Source: Candidatus Eiseniibacteriota bacterium (GTDB lineage Bacteria; Arandabacterota; Arandabacteria; Arandabacterales; Arandabacteraceae). From it: DNA of 31,630 nucleotides. The notes under the pieces are model-generated. The model did not search any database, was not told the DNA's origin, and saw only the letters and a program-made list of their open reading frames with translations. The stretch spans positions 1 to 31,630 of the forward strand of contig JBDRNT010000095.1 of the NCBI GenBank assembly GCA_043810925.1, given 5' to 3'. A program made the translations under genes and the position numbers. Positions within the stretch are counted from its first letter, which is position 1; each line of letters begins with the position of its first letter. Below are positions 8,484 through 17,658 of the stretch, in pieces.

Positions 8484-9175
8484 AGCGCTTTCCCGTGGTC
8501 CGATTTATCCGCAATCCGTCCGTCGAGCATGCGGATGATCTTGTGTGATACACTCTCGGCCATGTCCTGTTCATGGGTTACCATGAGGACCGTCAGGTCC
8601 TCACTCCGGTTGAGATGCTTGACCAGACTCATGATCTCCTCAGAGGTCGTGCTGTCCAGATTCCCGGTGGGTTCGTCGAGGAGCAGCATCGCGGGCCTGT
8701 TCGCAAGCGCACGCGCAATTGCCACCCGCTGTGCCTCGCCACCCGACATTTCGCCGGGCCTGTGGGCAAGCCTGTGGGCAAGCCCCAGACTGGTAAGCAG
8801 TTCCCTGGCCTTCGGCCCTCTCTCCTGCCGTCCTGTCCCCCCGAAGACGAGGGCCAGCATGACGTTCTCGAGCGCCGTTCTGTGGGGCACCAGATTGAAG
8901 GACTGGAACACCATGCCAACGGAAGACCGCCGGTGCACCGCGAGTTCCCCGGGTTTCATACGGGTGAGATCCCGGTCGTTGAAGACGATTGCGCCGGAGG
9001 TGGCGGTATCCAGCCCGCCGATAAGGTTCAGCAGGGTCGACTTGCCCGAACCCGACCTGCCCACAATGGACAGGAACTCTCCCTGATCCACAGTGAGCGA
9101 TACATCTCTCAGTGCGGGTATTTCGAGACTGCCCTTGCGGTATATTTTCGAAAGCCCTGATACTTCAAGCATCAT
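8480..9175 (-). CDS. ABC transporter ATP-binding protein (LolD/MacB-like)
   Basis: GRSGSGKST, VGMVFQSFNL, MSGGEAQRVAIARAL, LLLDEPTGNLD. 4-nt overlaps with neighbours. Confidence 0.95.
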   Translation of the reverse strand: MMLEVSGLSKIYRKGSLEIPALRDVSLTVDQGEFLSIVGRSGSGKSTLLNLIGGLDTATSGAIVFNDRDLTRMKPGELAVHRRSSVGMVFQSFNLVPHRTALENVMLALVFGGTGRQERGPKARELLTSLGLAHRLAHRPGEMSGGEAQRVAIARALANRPAMLLLDEPTGNLDSTTSEEIMSLVKHLNRSEDLTVLMVTHEQDMAESVSHKIIRMLDGRIADKSDHGKAL

Positions 9176-9612
9176 AATGTATACGGTTCGTCCGGTCCCA
9201 ATCGTTTCCCCATCGACACCACCGGGTCCACCGAGAAGCCGATGGCCTCATAGAATCTTATCACGTCATCGTTGGATGTCCTAATCTGCAAATTGATCTT
9301 GGGACAGCCCGCGGCCTCAAGGGTGCGTTGGGCATGTTCCATCATCCTCGTTGCCAGACCGCGTCGCCGGCAGCGCGGCGAAACCGCAAGGTAGTTTATC
9401 CAGCCCCGATGACCTTCATATCCTGCCATGCAGGTGGCAACCACCCTCTCATCGATTGTGCCTACCATGAACCATTCCCCGTTCACCTTGAGTTTTCTCT
9501 CTATGTCGCGTCTCGGGTCATTGTGAGGCACAACCAGACCGCATTCCTGCCAGAGCTCGATGACCGCGGCTTTGTCCTGAGACCGGTACGGCCGAACAGT
9601 AAGATCATCCAT
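9172..9612 (-). CDS. GNAT acetyltransferase (YpeA-like)
   Basis: NDPRRDIERKL, MAGYEGHRGWINYLAV, RRRGLA, GCPKINLQIR. Confidence 0.9.
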   Translation of the reverse strand: MDDLTVRPYRSQDKAAVIELWQECGLVVPHNDPRRDIERKLKVNGEWFMVGTIDERVVATCMAGYEGHRGWINYLAVSPRCRRRGLATRMMEHAQRTLEAAGCPKINLQIRTSNDDVIRFYEAIGFSVDPVVSMGKRLGPDEPYTL

Positions 9613-9640
9613 GTTCGAAGCGCTCCCTCATTCTCACATC

Positions 9641-9790
9641 GTCATCGCGAGCGAAGCCTGCAGTGTCATCGCGAGCGAAGCCTATAGTGTCATCGCGAGC
9701 GAAGCGTGGCGATCCCCTTTGTGACACTCCCGCTCGTCGGATTGCCGCGTGGCGATCGCTCCACGCAATGGGCACTGCGCCCGCAATGAC
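9641..9790. repeat. Palindromic intergenic element (GTCATCGCGAGCGAAGC...GCAATGAC) with triplicated left end
   Basis: GTCATCGCGAGCGAAGC at 9641, 9665 and 9689 (24-nt period). GTGGCGATCC (9706) pairs with GGATTGCCGC (9739). Terminal CCGCAATGAC (9781-9790) is inverse to the GTCATCGCG start. Confidence 0.85.
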
Positions 9791-9806
9791 AGAGCCGTGT
9801 CCCAGC

Positions 9807-11702
9807 TCAGTCGCTCAATTCATAGGCAGCAACGCTGTTGCCCCGGAAAGTCGGTATGACTATAAGGTCTTGCCCCGGAACGTATTCAATATCGGCACAG
9901 CTTGTCCCGACTACGGATGTATCGAGCAACTTGACGATCTCACCCGCGGGGCTGATCCGGTAAACTCTCCCTTCCCAGTGGGAGACGATATAGTTGCCGC
10001 CACCGTCGACCTCCACCCCGTCGATGATACCCTGACTCAACTGCGTTACCGTCGTGACTTCGCGTGTCGCAAGATCGACGGCCTTCAGACGGTTGTCACC
10101 ATTATTACCCACGAGCAATCTGTCTCCATCAACTCGAATTCCATTTGGATTCTGAATGTCATCGGACTTCAACCACTCTTTAAACCCGTCGTCCGTGTAA
10201 CCGAATATGACACTGTTGCGTGAATCCGATACGTACATGGTGCCTGCGGCATCGATTGCAATGTCGTTCAGGAAACCTGCTTCCGGGATAGGATGTCGCT
10301 CTACGATCTCTCCGTTCGCAGCGTCGATCTCGACCACACCTGCCCTTTCAACAACAAAAAGTCTGTCCTCATGTACCTCCATACCCGTTGGGTTGTTAAG
10401 CCCTGTTGCCCAGTTGAGGTCCTCAATCAGGCCGTCCAGCGAAACTCTTGAGATCGCCTGAAGTCCCTGGTTGTTGCTCACGTTGTAGGCGTCATAGTTG
10501 GATACATAAAGAACGTCTCCGGCAGCATCGTACGCAACGCATTCGGGTATGGCAAAAACGTCGTCCGTTTCCCAGGCCTTCCTCACCGTCTCATGCTCGA
10601 ACACGGCGTCGGCATCCTGCCACATGAAGCCCCATCCACCGAAACCTTCGGCGACAGCGATCAAGAGCTCGTTCTCCCCCTCCTCAAGCGGCAGATAGAG
10701 CGCGTCGTTTAGACCGATGATCCCGAGGAAAGAAGGATCGCGCTGGCGGTAGGCGCTGTTTGCAGAGAAGAGGATCCGGCCGTTTAGGAACACCGCTATC
10801 CAGTCACTGTACCCGAAGAGATACTCCCTTATACCAGCCTCATCGGCCATGATAGTGGTGCGCGCGAAAATACAATCGGGTTCCCTTCCCAGTCTCCCCG
10901 TATAGCGTGCGACATCCACAAGACCCGAAGGTTTGCTGGTGACATCCTGCCACGCAATACCCGTGAGGCCCTGGCTGTCGGGATGCTCTTCGAGATCGAC
11001 CCGGCTCACCACAAAAGCCTGGGATATCTGCCATTCACTTATCACCCCCGGCGGCGTTTCCTGTGGTGGTGGAGGCGCGAATTCAAGATCCGCATCGGAC
11101 CGGTACGTGAAGTTTGAGAAATACGCAGACCCGTCCCTCTCGCACATGAGACCTATCATGCCGCTGCTGATACCGTGCTCGAGCTCATTGATCTCAAGTG
11201 CAGGCGTGTCCATATCACCCCAGTAGACCTTCGCCTGTTTTCCGAGTACCTCTATCCTGAGACGTGTCCACTCGTTTTCCGTGACTTCGGCACCGGCCGT
11301 ATAACCTTCACCACTGTAGAGTTGCCAGCCGGCAATCCGGTTGATCACCGGTGTGTACTGGATCGCATCGGGATAGAGACCGGCTCTGTGCGGCCGGACA
11401 TAGAGGCGTTCGTAGTCGGCAGGTGACTGCATCCTGAAGTTGATACCGGGGTAGGCGCGCCGGCCGTCGACCGCGATGTCGACCTCTATTATTCCGTTCT
11501 CGAACTCTACACCGTTGAGATACGCCATGCCGGCCAGACTGGTTCTCCCCAGATGCTCCACGATCTCGGCATCGGCCAGCACCCACTGGTCGGATTCGAA
11601 GTCGATGAAGTCACCCTGTGCCCGGACCTCGGCCGGGACGAACAGGGTGAGAACACACAAGGCACCCACCGCTGCAGTTCCGAGAATCTTCTGTCCGTAC
11701 AT
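9807..11702 (-). CDS. Secreted multidomain protein: DUF1080/ConA-like domain, beta-sandwich, SMP-30/gluconolactonase-like propeller
   Basis: Signal peptide ending VRA-Q; FENGIIEVDI..GINFR; Pro linker PPPPQETPP; C-terminal PECVAYD, GLNNPTGM, FLNDIAID, PNGI, DGVEVD. Start 11702 follows GGGAGG. Confidence 0.75.
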   Translation of the reverse strand: MYGQKILGTAAVGALCVLTLFVPAEVRAQGDFIDFESDQWVLADAEIVEHLGRTSLAGMAYLNGVEFENGIIEVDIAVDGRRAYPGINFRMQSPADYERLYVRPHRAGLYPDAIQYTPVINRIAGWQLYSGEGYTAGAEVTENEWTRLRIEVLGKQAKVYWGDMDTPALEINELEHGISSGMIGLMCERDGSAYFSNFTYRSDADLEFAPPPPQETPPGVISEWQISQAFVVSRVDLEEHPDSQGLTGIAWQDVTSKPSGLVDVARYTGRLGREPDCIFARTTIMADEAGIREYLFGYSDWIAVFLNGRILFSANSAYRQRDPSFLGIIGLNDALYLPLEEGENELLIAVAEGFGGWGFMWQDADAVFEHETVRKAWETDDVFAIPECVAYDAAGDVLYVSNYDAYNVSNNQGLQAISRVSLDGLIEDLNWATGLNNPTGMEVHEDRLFVVERAGVVEIDAANGEIVERHPIPEAGFLNDIAIDAAGTMYVSDSRNSVIFGYTDDGFKEWLKSDDIQNPNGIRVDGDRLLVGNNGDNRLKAVDLATREVTTVTQLSQGIIDGVEVDGGGNYIVSHWEGRVYRISPAGEIVKLLDTSVVGTSCADIEYVPGQDLIVIPTFRGNSVAAYELSD

Positions 11703-11757
11703 CTGTAACCCTCCCATCAGGGGCGATGTTGTTTTGCGCTCACGTGTGCGCTGATGC

Positions 11758-11782
11758 GTAGCGTCGGGGTTCCACCCCCGAC
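11758..11782 (+). repeat. GTAG-type REP-like palindrome
   Basis: GTAG-C-GTCGGGG-TTCCAC-CCCCGAC. Related copies at 22540 and 27066 (minus). Confidence 0.75.
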
Positions 11783-11800
11783 TGTCCTCCGTTCACCGGT

Positions 11801-11889
11801 AATTAAGCTTGGTGTCACCGAAACTTCCGACAATTAAGTTTGGTGTCACCGAAATTGCCCGACAATTAAGTTTGGTGTCACCGAAATTA
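11801..11889. repeat. Three tandem 31-32 bp units with palindromic core GGTGTCACC
   Basis: AATTAAG[C/T]TTGGTGTCACCGAAA at 11801, 11832 and 11864. Confidence 0.9.
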
Positions 11890-11891
11890 CT

Positions 11892-12380
11892 TCATGAGTT
11901 TTCCTTGAACTCGGTCAGGGGGCCGGTTGTCTTTCTCAACAGTATCTCGGAGTGACCCGGGACTATGAGATCCTCAAGTTCCCCGACTGCGCTGTAGCCA
12001 AGCCGTTCATAGAGCCGCCTTGCATCGGGATTGAAGGAAGACACACAGACAAAGACATTTGCTGTCACACCGAATATACGCTCCTCGGCGAATCCCATCA
12101 GCCGGCTTCCTATTTTCTTGTTCCTCCACTCGGGCATGATGGCGATTGTCTGAACAAAACCCACAAACGCGCCGGACATGATGAGAATGATAAAGCCTAC
12201 GATCTCTCCTCCTACGAGTGCGACATAGACTTCCCGCGTCGGGCTTGTGAGTATCTTGAGTGAAGTCTCGTAGTCACGGCGCAGGGTCTTCCACGGTTCA
12301 GAACCCGACATAAGCCGGGCACAGGTCTCGGCTTCATCGGGCCGGGCGAGTCTCCTTATCTCGACATTGAATTCACTCAT
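11892..12380 (-). CDS. GNAT acetyltransferase
   Basis: WRNKKIGSRLM, VFVCVSSFNPDARRLYERLGY. Confidence 0.88.
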   Translation of the reverse strand: MSEFNVEIRRLARPDEAETCARLMSGSEPWKTLRRDYETSLKILTSPTREVYVALVGGEIVGFIILIMSGAFVGFVQTIAIMPEWRNKKIGSRLMGFAEERIFGVTANVFVCVSSFNPDARRLYERLGYSAVGELEDLIVPGHSEILLRKTTGPLTEFKENS

Positions 12381-13690
12381 GGTGCCTCCAGGATTCTATC
12401 GCGCCGGTCCACGCTCCGGAGCAGGACCGCAAAGACCAGGGCCGCGACACCCAGCCCCGCGAACATCAGCATGCTTGCGCTGTAAGTCTCCGTTCGCTCA
12501 CGGAGCCAGCCGTTAAGCCAGGGAAACAGCATGAGCCCCACATTCTGGATAAGTGTCATCACACCGAAGGCCGTCCCCAGGCGGCCCCGCGATACAATGA
12601 GCGGCACCGCCGGCCACAGCGCGGCGGGCACCAGCACGAATGCCATACCCAGGACAACCATAACCATCGCCGGTGAGAGATGTGTGTACGCCAGGGCGAG
12701 ATAGCACGGTATCATGAGAGCGGACCCGAAGATCATCATCGATGCCCGTCTGCCGATCCGGTCGACAAGCGCACCGGCGAACGGGGCGAACACCATCGAC
12801 ATCGCAACAAGGATCGATGTGGTCCCGGGCGCGGTCGAAAACATATACCGGAAATTCTGGAAAACGGCCGCAAAGAAACCCTCTGCCGATCCCATCGCAA
12901 GCGGCAGACCCCACTTCTCATGGAAGAAGTTGGTGGAAAGTGCGGTAAAGGGAAAGATGGCAGAATAGAAACACAGGCACAGCAGGGCGATGTACCAGTA
13001 GGATGCCCTGAACTTGAGGATATCACCCCATACGATTCGGTCGCCGGCGGTCTTTTCATCAAGCGCAAGCACCGGCTCGGCCCATCGATCCATCAGGAAG
13101 TAGATGAAGTTGGCGATCACGCTCACAGCGCACAGACCGGCCGCCACCCAGAGGGCCGCTGAGGGCCCCATCCGTTCGGCAATCAGTGCCTCGGTATTAA
13201 ACGAGAACATCGTGCCCAACCGGCAGATTGTAAGTGATACCCCGAATGCGAGCGCGAGTTCCTTGCCCTTAAACCAGCGGGCCAGAATGGCGCTTTGCGC
13301 GACTATCAGGGCCTCCGATCCTGCCCCGAAAACGAAGCGCCCGATATGGATGGTCCTTACGCTTGAAGCCCAGGCGACGATGACGGCCCCGACAGTTACG
13401 GTTGCGGCAAACAACATGCTTGACCTGCGCGTCCCGATCCTGTCGATCAACCAGCCCGCGGCCAGCAGTGTGAAGATCGCACCCCAGCTGTACATGGAGT
13501 ACATGAGACCGATGTCCTCTTGTCCGATCCGCATCGAATCCATGAGGAAGTCTTCGATCGCACCCACACTGTCGTATGCGAAGTAGCTCCCGTAGATCAC
13601 GAAACATACGACGATGAGGATCACAAACCTGTATGGCCGTCTCGATGGATGGAGCCAGGTCACGCCGTCTCGAGGGTTCATATTAACCAT
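12377..13690 (-). CDS. MFS transporter (MFSD1-like subfamily)
   Basis: About 12 hydrophobic segments, motif A GWLIDRIGTR / GALVDRIGRR, N-terminal YGSYFAYD, WFKGKELALAFG. Confidence 0.9.
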   Translation of the reverse strand: MVNMNPRDGVTWLHPSRRPYRFVILIVVCFVIYGSYFAYDSVGAIEDFLMDSMRIGQEDIGLMYSMYSWGAIFTLLAAGWLIDRIGTRRSSMLFAATVTVGAVIVAWASSVRTIHIGRFVFGAGSEALIVAQSAILARWFKGKELALAFGVSLTICRLGTMFSFNTEALIAERMGPSAALWVAAGLCAVSVIANFIYFLMDRWAEPVLALDEKTAGDRIVWGDILKFRASYWYIALLCLCFYSAIFPFTALSTNFFHEKWGLPLAMGSAEGFFAAVFQNFRYMFSTAPGTTSILVAMSMVFAPFAGALVDRIGRRASMMIFGSALMIPCYLALAYTHLSPAMVMVVLGMAFVLVPAALWPAVPLIVSRGRLGTAFGVMTLIQNVGLMLFPWLNGWLRERTETYSASMLMFAGLGVAALVFAVLLRSVDRRDRILEAP

Positions 13691-13707
13691 GTCCTCTCTA
13701 TTCTATA

Positions 13708-15258
13708 CTAAAATACCGTGGCTTCGACACCCAGTACAGGCATCGCAACGGCATAGGTCAGCATGGTGATCAGTGCTATCCCTATCAAATTGAGCCATAG
13801 CCCCGCCTTGGACATCTGGGGCACCGTGACAAGACCCGAACCGAAAACGATGGCATTGGGCGGTGTTGCCACGGGAAGCATGAACGCACAACTGGCCGCA
13901 ATCGCCGTGGGGACTATCAGCAGGTAGGGATGCATTCTCATCCCTTCGGCCAGGGATGCGAATATCGGCACAAGTGTTACCGTGGTTGCCGTGTTACTCG
14001 TAAGCTCGGTCAGAAACACCAGCATCGTGATCACGACGACAACAAGAAACACTGGATGAAACCCTGCAATGGCCCCCACACGGCTGGCGATGAACTCACC
14101 AACCCCATTGGCCTTTATCGATGCCGCCAGACTCAAGCCCCCCCCAAAGAGAACGAGTAATCCCCATGGGAGTCTGACCGCCGTATTCCAGTCCATCACG
14201 AATATCCGTTTCCTGATATCTACCGGTATCACAAACAGGGCAAGCGCCGCAATCACCGCGATTCCGGTATCGGTGAGACCGGCGAGCGGTCTTGTTCCCG
14301 CCCACACGATCCTGGTGATGAGTGGCCGGAAAGTCCAGGTGAGAGCGGTAATCAGGAAGACTGAGAAGGTAGCTCTCTCGCCCCTGGTCATCGGTCCGAG
14401 TTTCTCATAGACACCGTCCACCCCGGAACGTCCGACGGCTGAGTCCATATCGCGGATCGGGAAAATCACTCTTGTAAGAAGCAGCCATACCAACGGTAGA
14501 AAGACAACTACCAGCGGCATCCCGACTCCCATCCAGCGGATGAAACTTATCTCCACCCCGAGATTCTCTCTGACATAAGAGGCGAGAAAGAGATTGGGCG
14601 GGGTACCTATCAGGGTCCCGATGCCTCCGATGGATGCCGCATAGGCTATCCCAAGAAGCAAGCATACGGTGAATCTATCGTCCGTATTCGGTCCCGCCGT
14701 CTGCCCGGCGGCCACGCCGGCTTTCTCCCGGTTCTTCTTCAGGAAATCGATCACGCTCAGCGCGATCGGTAACATCATGATTGTCGTGGCCGTGTTGGAC
14801 ACCCACATGCTGAGCGCAGCTGTAGCAATCATGAAACCGCCGACCAGCCGGCGGGGTTCCGATCCGACAAGCCTGAGCACAGAGAAGGCAAACCGTCTGT
14901 GAAGTTCCCAGCGCTGCATCGAAAGCGCAATGATGAAACCACCCATGAAAAGAAAGATCAGCTCATGGCCGTAGGGCGAAGAAGCTGCTTTAACTGATGC
15001 AGCCCCGGTGAGCGGCAAGACGGCCAGGGGCAGCAGGGCTGTTGCATAAACCGGGATGGCTTCGGTCATCCACCAGGTCGCCATCCAGACGGCAAGAGCC
15101 GCCGTTATCCGGCCCGCATGCGTGAAGTCGATGATCTGGCCCTGGGTGTTTGAGAATGTCTCCGGGAGCAATGCATAGGCCAGCGCCGCAAGCGCCGGGC
15201 CCGCGATGAGTCCGGCCCACTTCACACCCGACCGCGCTGGGGACATGCGTTCCATCAC
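13708..15258 (-). CDS. DASS/SLC13 sodium:dicarboxylate-sulfate symporter
   Basis: WWMTEAIP, SMWVSNTAT, GTLIGTPPN, TELTSNTAT, AFMLPVATPPNAIVF. Confidence 0.93.
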   Translation of the reverse strand: MMERMSPARSGVKWAGLIAGPALAALAYALLPETFSNTQGQIIDFTHAGRITAALAVWMATWWMTEAIPVYATALLPLAVLPLTGAASVKAASSPYGHELIFLFMGGFIIALSMQRWELHRRFAFSVLRLVGSEPRRLVGGFMIATAALSMWVSNTATTIMMLPIALSVIDFLKKNREKAGVAAGQTAGPNTDDRFTVCLLLGIAYAASIGGIGTLIGTPPNLFLASYVRENLGVEISFIRWMGVGMPLVVVFLPLVWLLLTRVIFPIRDMDSAVGRSGVDGVYEKLGPMTRGERATFSVFLITALTWTFRPLITRIVWAGTRPLAGLTDTGIAVIAALALFVIPVDIRKRIFVMDWNTAVRLPWGLLVLFGGGLSLAASIKANGVGEFIASRVGAIAGFHPVFLVVVVITMLVFLTELTSNTATTVTLVPIFASLAEGMRMHPYLLIVPTAIAASCAFMLPVATPPNAIVFGSGLVTVPQMSKAGLWLNLIGIALITMLTYAVAMPVLGVEATVF

Positions 15259-15279
15259 AAAGGCATTACCTCACGCCCA

Positions 15280-16416
15280 TCAGATGATAATCTTCCCGTT
15301 CTTCATCACAGGTGTTCGCCGGCCCCCGGCATCTATCAACGTCATAGTGGGGTTCTTGATCAGCCCATCGAGATGAATCAGGGCCTTTGCATCATCATCG
15401 TAGTTGCTGCCGATGGCTATGTGACAGGTCTTAAACACCTTTTCATCTTCCAGCATGTTCCCGCCGATTCTCGCCTTCTCGTTAAGACCGATACCGAGCT
15501 CACCCAGGTTGCGGATGTTCTCAATATAGCCGCCGAGCTCCCGCCGGGGTATCTTGCCTTCTGAGGCGAAGCGGTGCGTGGACTTTCTCGCCCGGTCGAG
15601 CGTGGCCTTAAGCTGGCTGGCCTCTCTCCCCCCGCGTATCCCGGTAACCAGGTTCTTACGCACGGTGATCTCGATCGGTTTCTTTATCAGGATCACACCT
15701 CTGTCGGACGATATGGATCCATCGTAGACCAGCGTCCCTTCCCCCGTGCCGAGCTCGGGAGAAATGAAAACCTCGCCTGCCGGCAGGTTGCCGCCGGAAC
15801 CGGGCTTTGAGAAATCGCCGTCATCTGTTCGGGCTTTCCGTCCGCGCAGACCCAGGACAAGATCGGTCCCCAGCCTGGTCGCTATGTGGACCTCTGCGGC
15901 CCTGTCTAAGACCCGCGTGAGTTTCCCGCAGTTATCGCGGAGCTTCTTATAGTCTACAGGGATCGTGCTTTCAAACATCTTGACCGTAACCGAAGGCGAC
16001 CAGAACGCCCGGGACTTCTTGCTCCCGAGGAGGTAGTTGAAGATGTGATTGAATGATCCCTTCTTGTACTTGTAGTTCTTCTTCATGGCAAAGCGGTCCT
16101 TGCCCAGTTTGTCCCGACTTATGGACACGATCATCTCGGGTTCCGACCGGAGTGCATGTATAACGGCATCGTCCGCCAGGTCCAGCTGTGACTTCACCGG
16201 TTGGAATACGAGCGTGGGCTCCGCACCGGCGTCGATGGCGGCATCGTAGAGCGCCATAGAGATCCGCCGGACATCTTCGCTCGGGTTTGTGATGATAAGA
16301 ACCCGCTCGCCACGCCGGGCTCTCAGTACCTGACCGACGGCCACCTCTGCAGCGTGCCGGAGCCGCCTGGACACGGTCGTCGATGGTCCGAATCCGGTCT
16401 TGGATTCACGCGCCAT
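15280..16416 (-). CDS. Aminopeptidase, peptidase M29 (thermophilic metalloprotease) family
   Basis: GNLPAGEVFISP, ELGIGLN, MLEDEK..TCHIAIG, IHLD metal-ligand motifs. Confidence 0.85.
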   Translation of the reverse strand: MARESKTGFGPSTTVSRRLRHAAEVAVGQVLRARRGERVLIITNPSEDVRRISMALYDAAIDAGAEPTLVFQPVKSQLDLADDAVIHALRSEPEMIVSISRDKLGKDRFAMKKNYKYKKGSFNHIFNYLLGSKKSRAFWSPSVTVKMFESTIPVDYKKLRDNCGKLTRVLDRAAEVHIATRLGTDLVLGLRGRKARTDDGDFSKPGSGGNLPAGEVFISPELGTGEGTLVYDGSISSDRGVILIKKPIEITVRKNLVTGIRGGREASQLKATLDRARKSTHRFASEGKIPRRELGGYIENIRNLGELGIGLNEKARIGGNMLEDEKVFKTCHIAIGSNYDDDAKALIHLDGLIKNPTMTLIDAGGRRTPVMKNGKIII

Positions 16417-16511
16417 AATCTCCCCCTTGGTTGGCCTCTATAAGTACAGACTCCCTACTCAATTACCACAGTGCGGGGATTACTTCAAGAGCTAGCCCGG
16501 AATTATTCAGG

Positions 16512-17516
16512 CTAAGTGCGGCCGGTGAACAGCCCGGCATCGATGTCACTGCCTGGCGAGCGCGGAATGACGTGAAGAAAGCTCTTCGGCAGCCCTGCGT
16601 CGAGCCCCCTGCCCTCAACGAGTATCACATGACCTTCTCTCACAACGTTTTTTTCTTCGAACACGATCTCGGGACCCGCGACACTTGTGCTGTAATCCGG
16701 TGCGGCAACACCGGCGTAGTACCGGCAATCCGTGATGAGGCAGTCTTCAAGGCGATAACACCTCTTGTTGTCCGCATCCCTCATAAAGAAGTACTCACAA
16801 TTCGTGATGACATTGTGATGAAACTCCAGGTCCTCGGCGGTCTGGCACACCCAGATACACGAGGTGTAGCAACCGTCCACAATGCAATGGCGCATTACAT
16901 TGCCACGGCTTGTGCCGCCCTCGGCATTCCAGAATACGACGCTGTTACGGCAGTTGTGGAAAACGCAGTGATCGACTATGAGTTCATGGCCGTGGGCAAT
17001 GACCGCTACATTGGATGACGTCGTGTACCGTTCGCTGACAAAGAGGCACTGTGTGACGACGAGATCCCTGAGGTCCATGCCACCACGGAATACCGGATAG
17101 TACCACACTCCTGAAACCGGACTCCCCAGGAACTTCAGCCCGCGTATCGTGACGTGATTCATCTCCACCTGAAGACCCTTGGCCTCGACCGGCCCCTTGT
17201 GATCCTCACCGACTTCGGGCCGCTCGGTAGAGAGCACAACCGGCATCAGGTCCGGCGTCCATTCCGGATCGCCCGGCAAATACAGCGCTTCAATTGTCAG
17301 TCTTTCATTCCTGGTGTATGACTTGTTACCCTCAAAGACCGCTGCCCGATCGAGAGCATAGACCCCGGGGGCAATCCTGATTGAGACGGGACCGTCTTCG
17401 CGCCGGCCGGATATCAGATCCGCTACCCGGGTGAGTGTCTTGAGTGGCTTCGATTCGGTGCCGGCACTGCGGTCGTCGCCCTTCGAGGAGTCGACATAGA
17501 TGACACAGCTGCTCAT
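16512..17516 (-). CDS. Right-handed beta-helix / pectin-lyase-fold protein (DUF1565-like N-terminus)
   Basis: IYVDSSKGDD...GTESKPLKT, IRIAPGVY, and repeated V-x-x-C-x-F beta-helix turns. Start 17516 follows GAGGAGAAGG. No evident signal peptide. Confidence 0.65.
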   Translation of the reverse strand: MSSCVIYVDSSKGDDRSAGTESKPLKTLTRVADLISGRREDGPVSIRIAPGVYALDRAAVFEGNKSYTRNERLTIEALYLPGDPEWTPDLMPVVLSTERPEVGEDHKGPVEAKGLQVEMNHVTIRGLKFLGSPVSGVWYYPVFRGGMDLRDLVVTQCLFVSERYTTSSNVAVIAHGHELIVDHCVFHNCRNSVVFWNAEGGTSRGNVMRHCIVDGCYTSCIWVCQTAEDLEFHHNVITNCEYFFMRDADNKRCYRLEDCLITDCRYYAGVAAPDYSTSVAGPEIVFEEKNVVREGHVILVEGRGLDAGLPKSFLHVIPRSPGSDIDAGLFTGRT

Positions 17517-17629
17517 TCCTTCTCCTCTCCGTGCCGGGATTAAAGAAGAGCGGCTAATCACGCTCAGGGCAGATTACCAGGGGGATTGGGGGTGCGTGCG
17601 GGCCCCAATCGAACCGTGCCTTCACCAGA

Positions 17630-17658
17630 AGTCTAATCAACAATTATCGGTTTGTCAA
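17630..17658 (-). promoter_or_regulatory. Putative sigma70 promoter of the beta-helix gene
   Basis: TTGACA, 17 nt, TAGACT on the minus strand. Confidence 0.6.

Noticed and set aside
9641-9716. Possible CRISPR array
   Set aside because: 24-nt tandem period with 7-nt near-identical linkers; part of a palindromic element.
11801-11889. Possible mini CRISPR array
   Set aside because: Inter-repeat segments are only 8-9 nt and nearly identical, and no cas genes are in the window.
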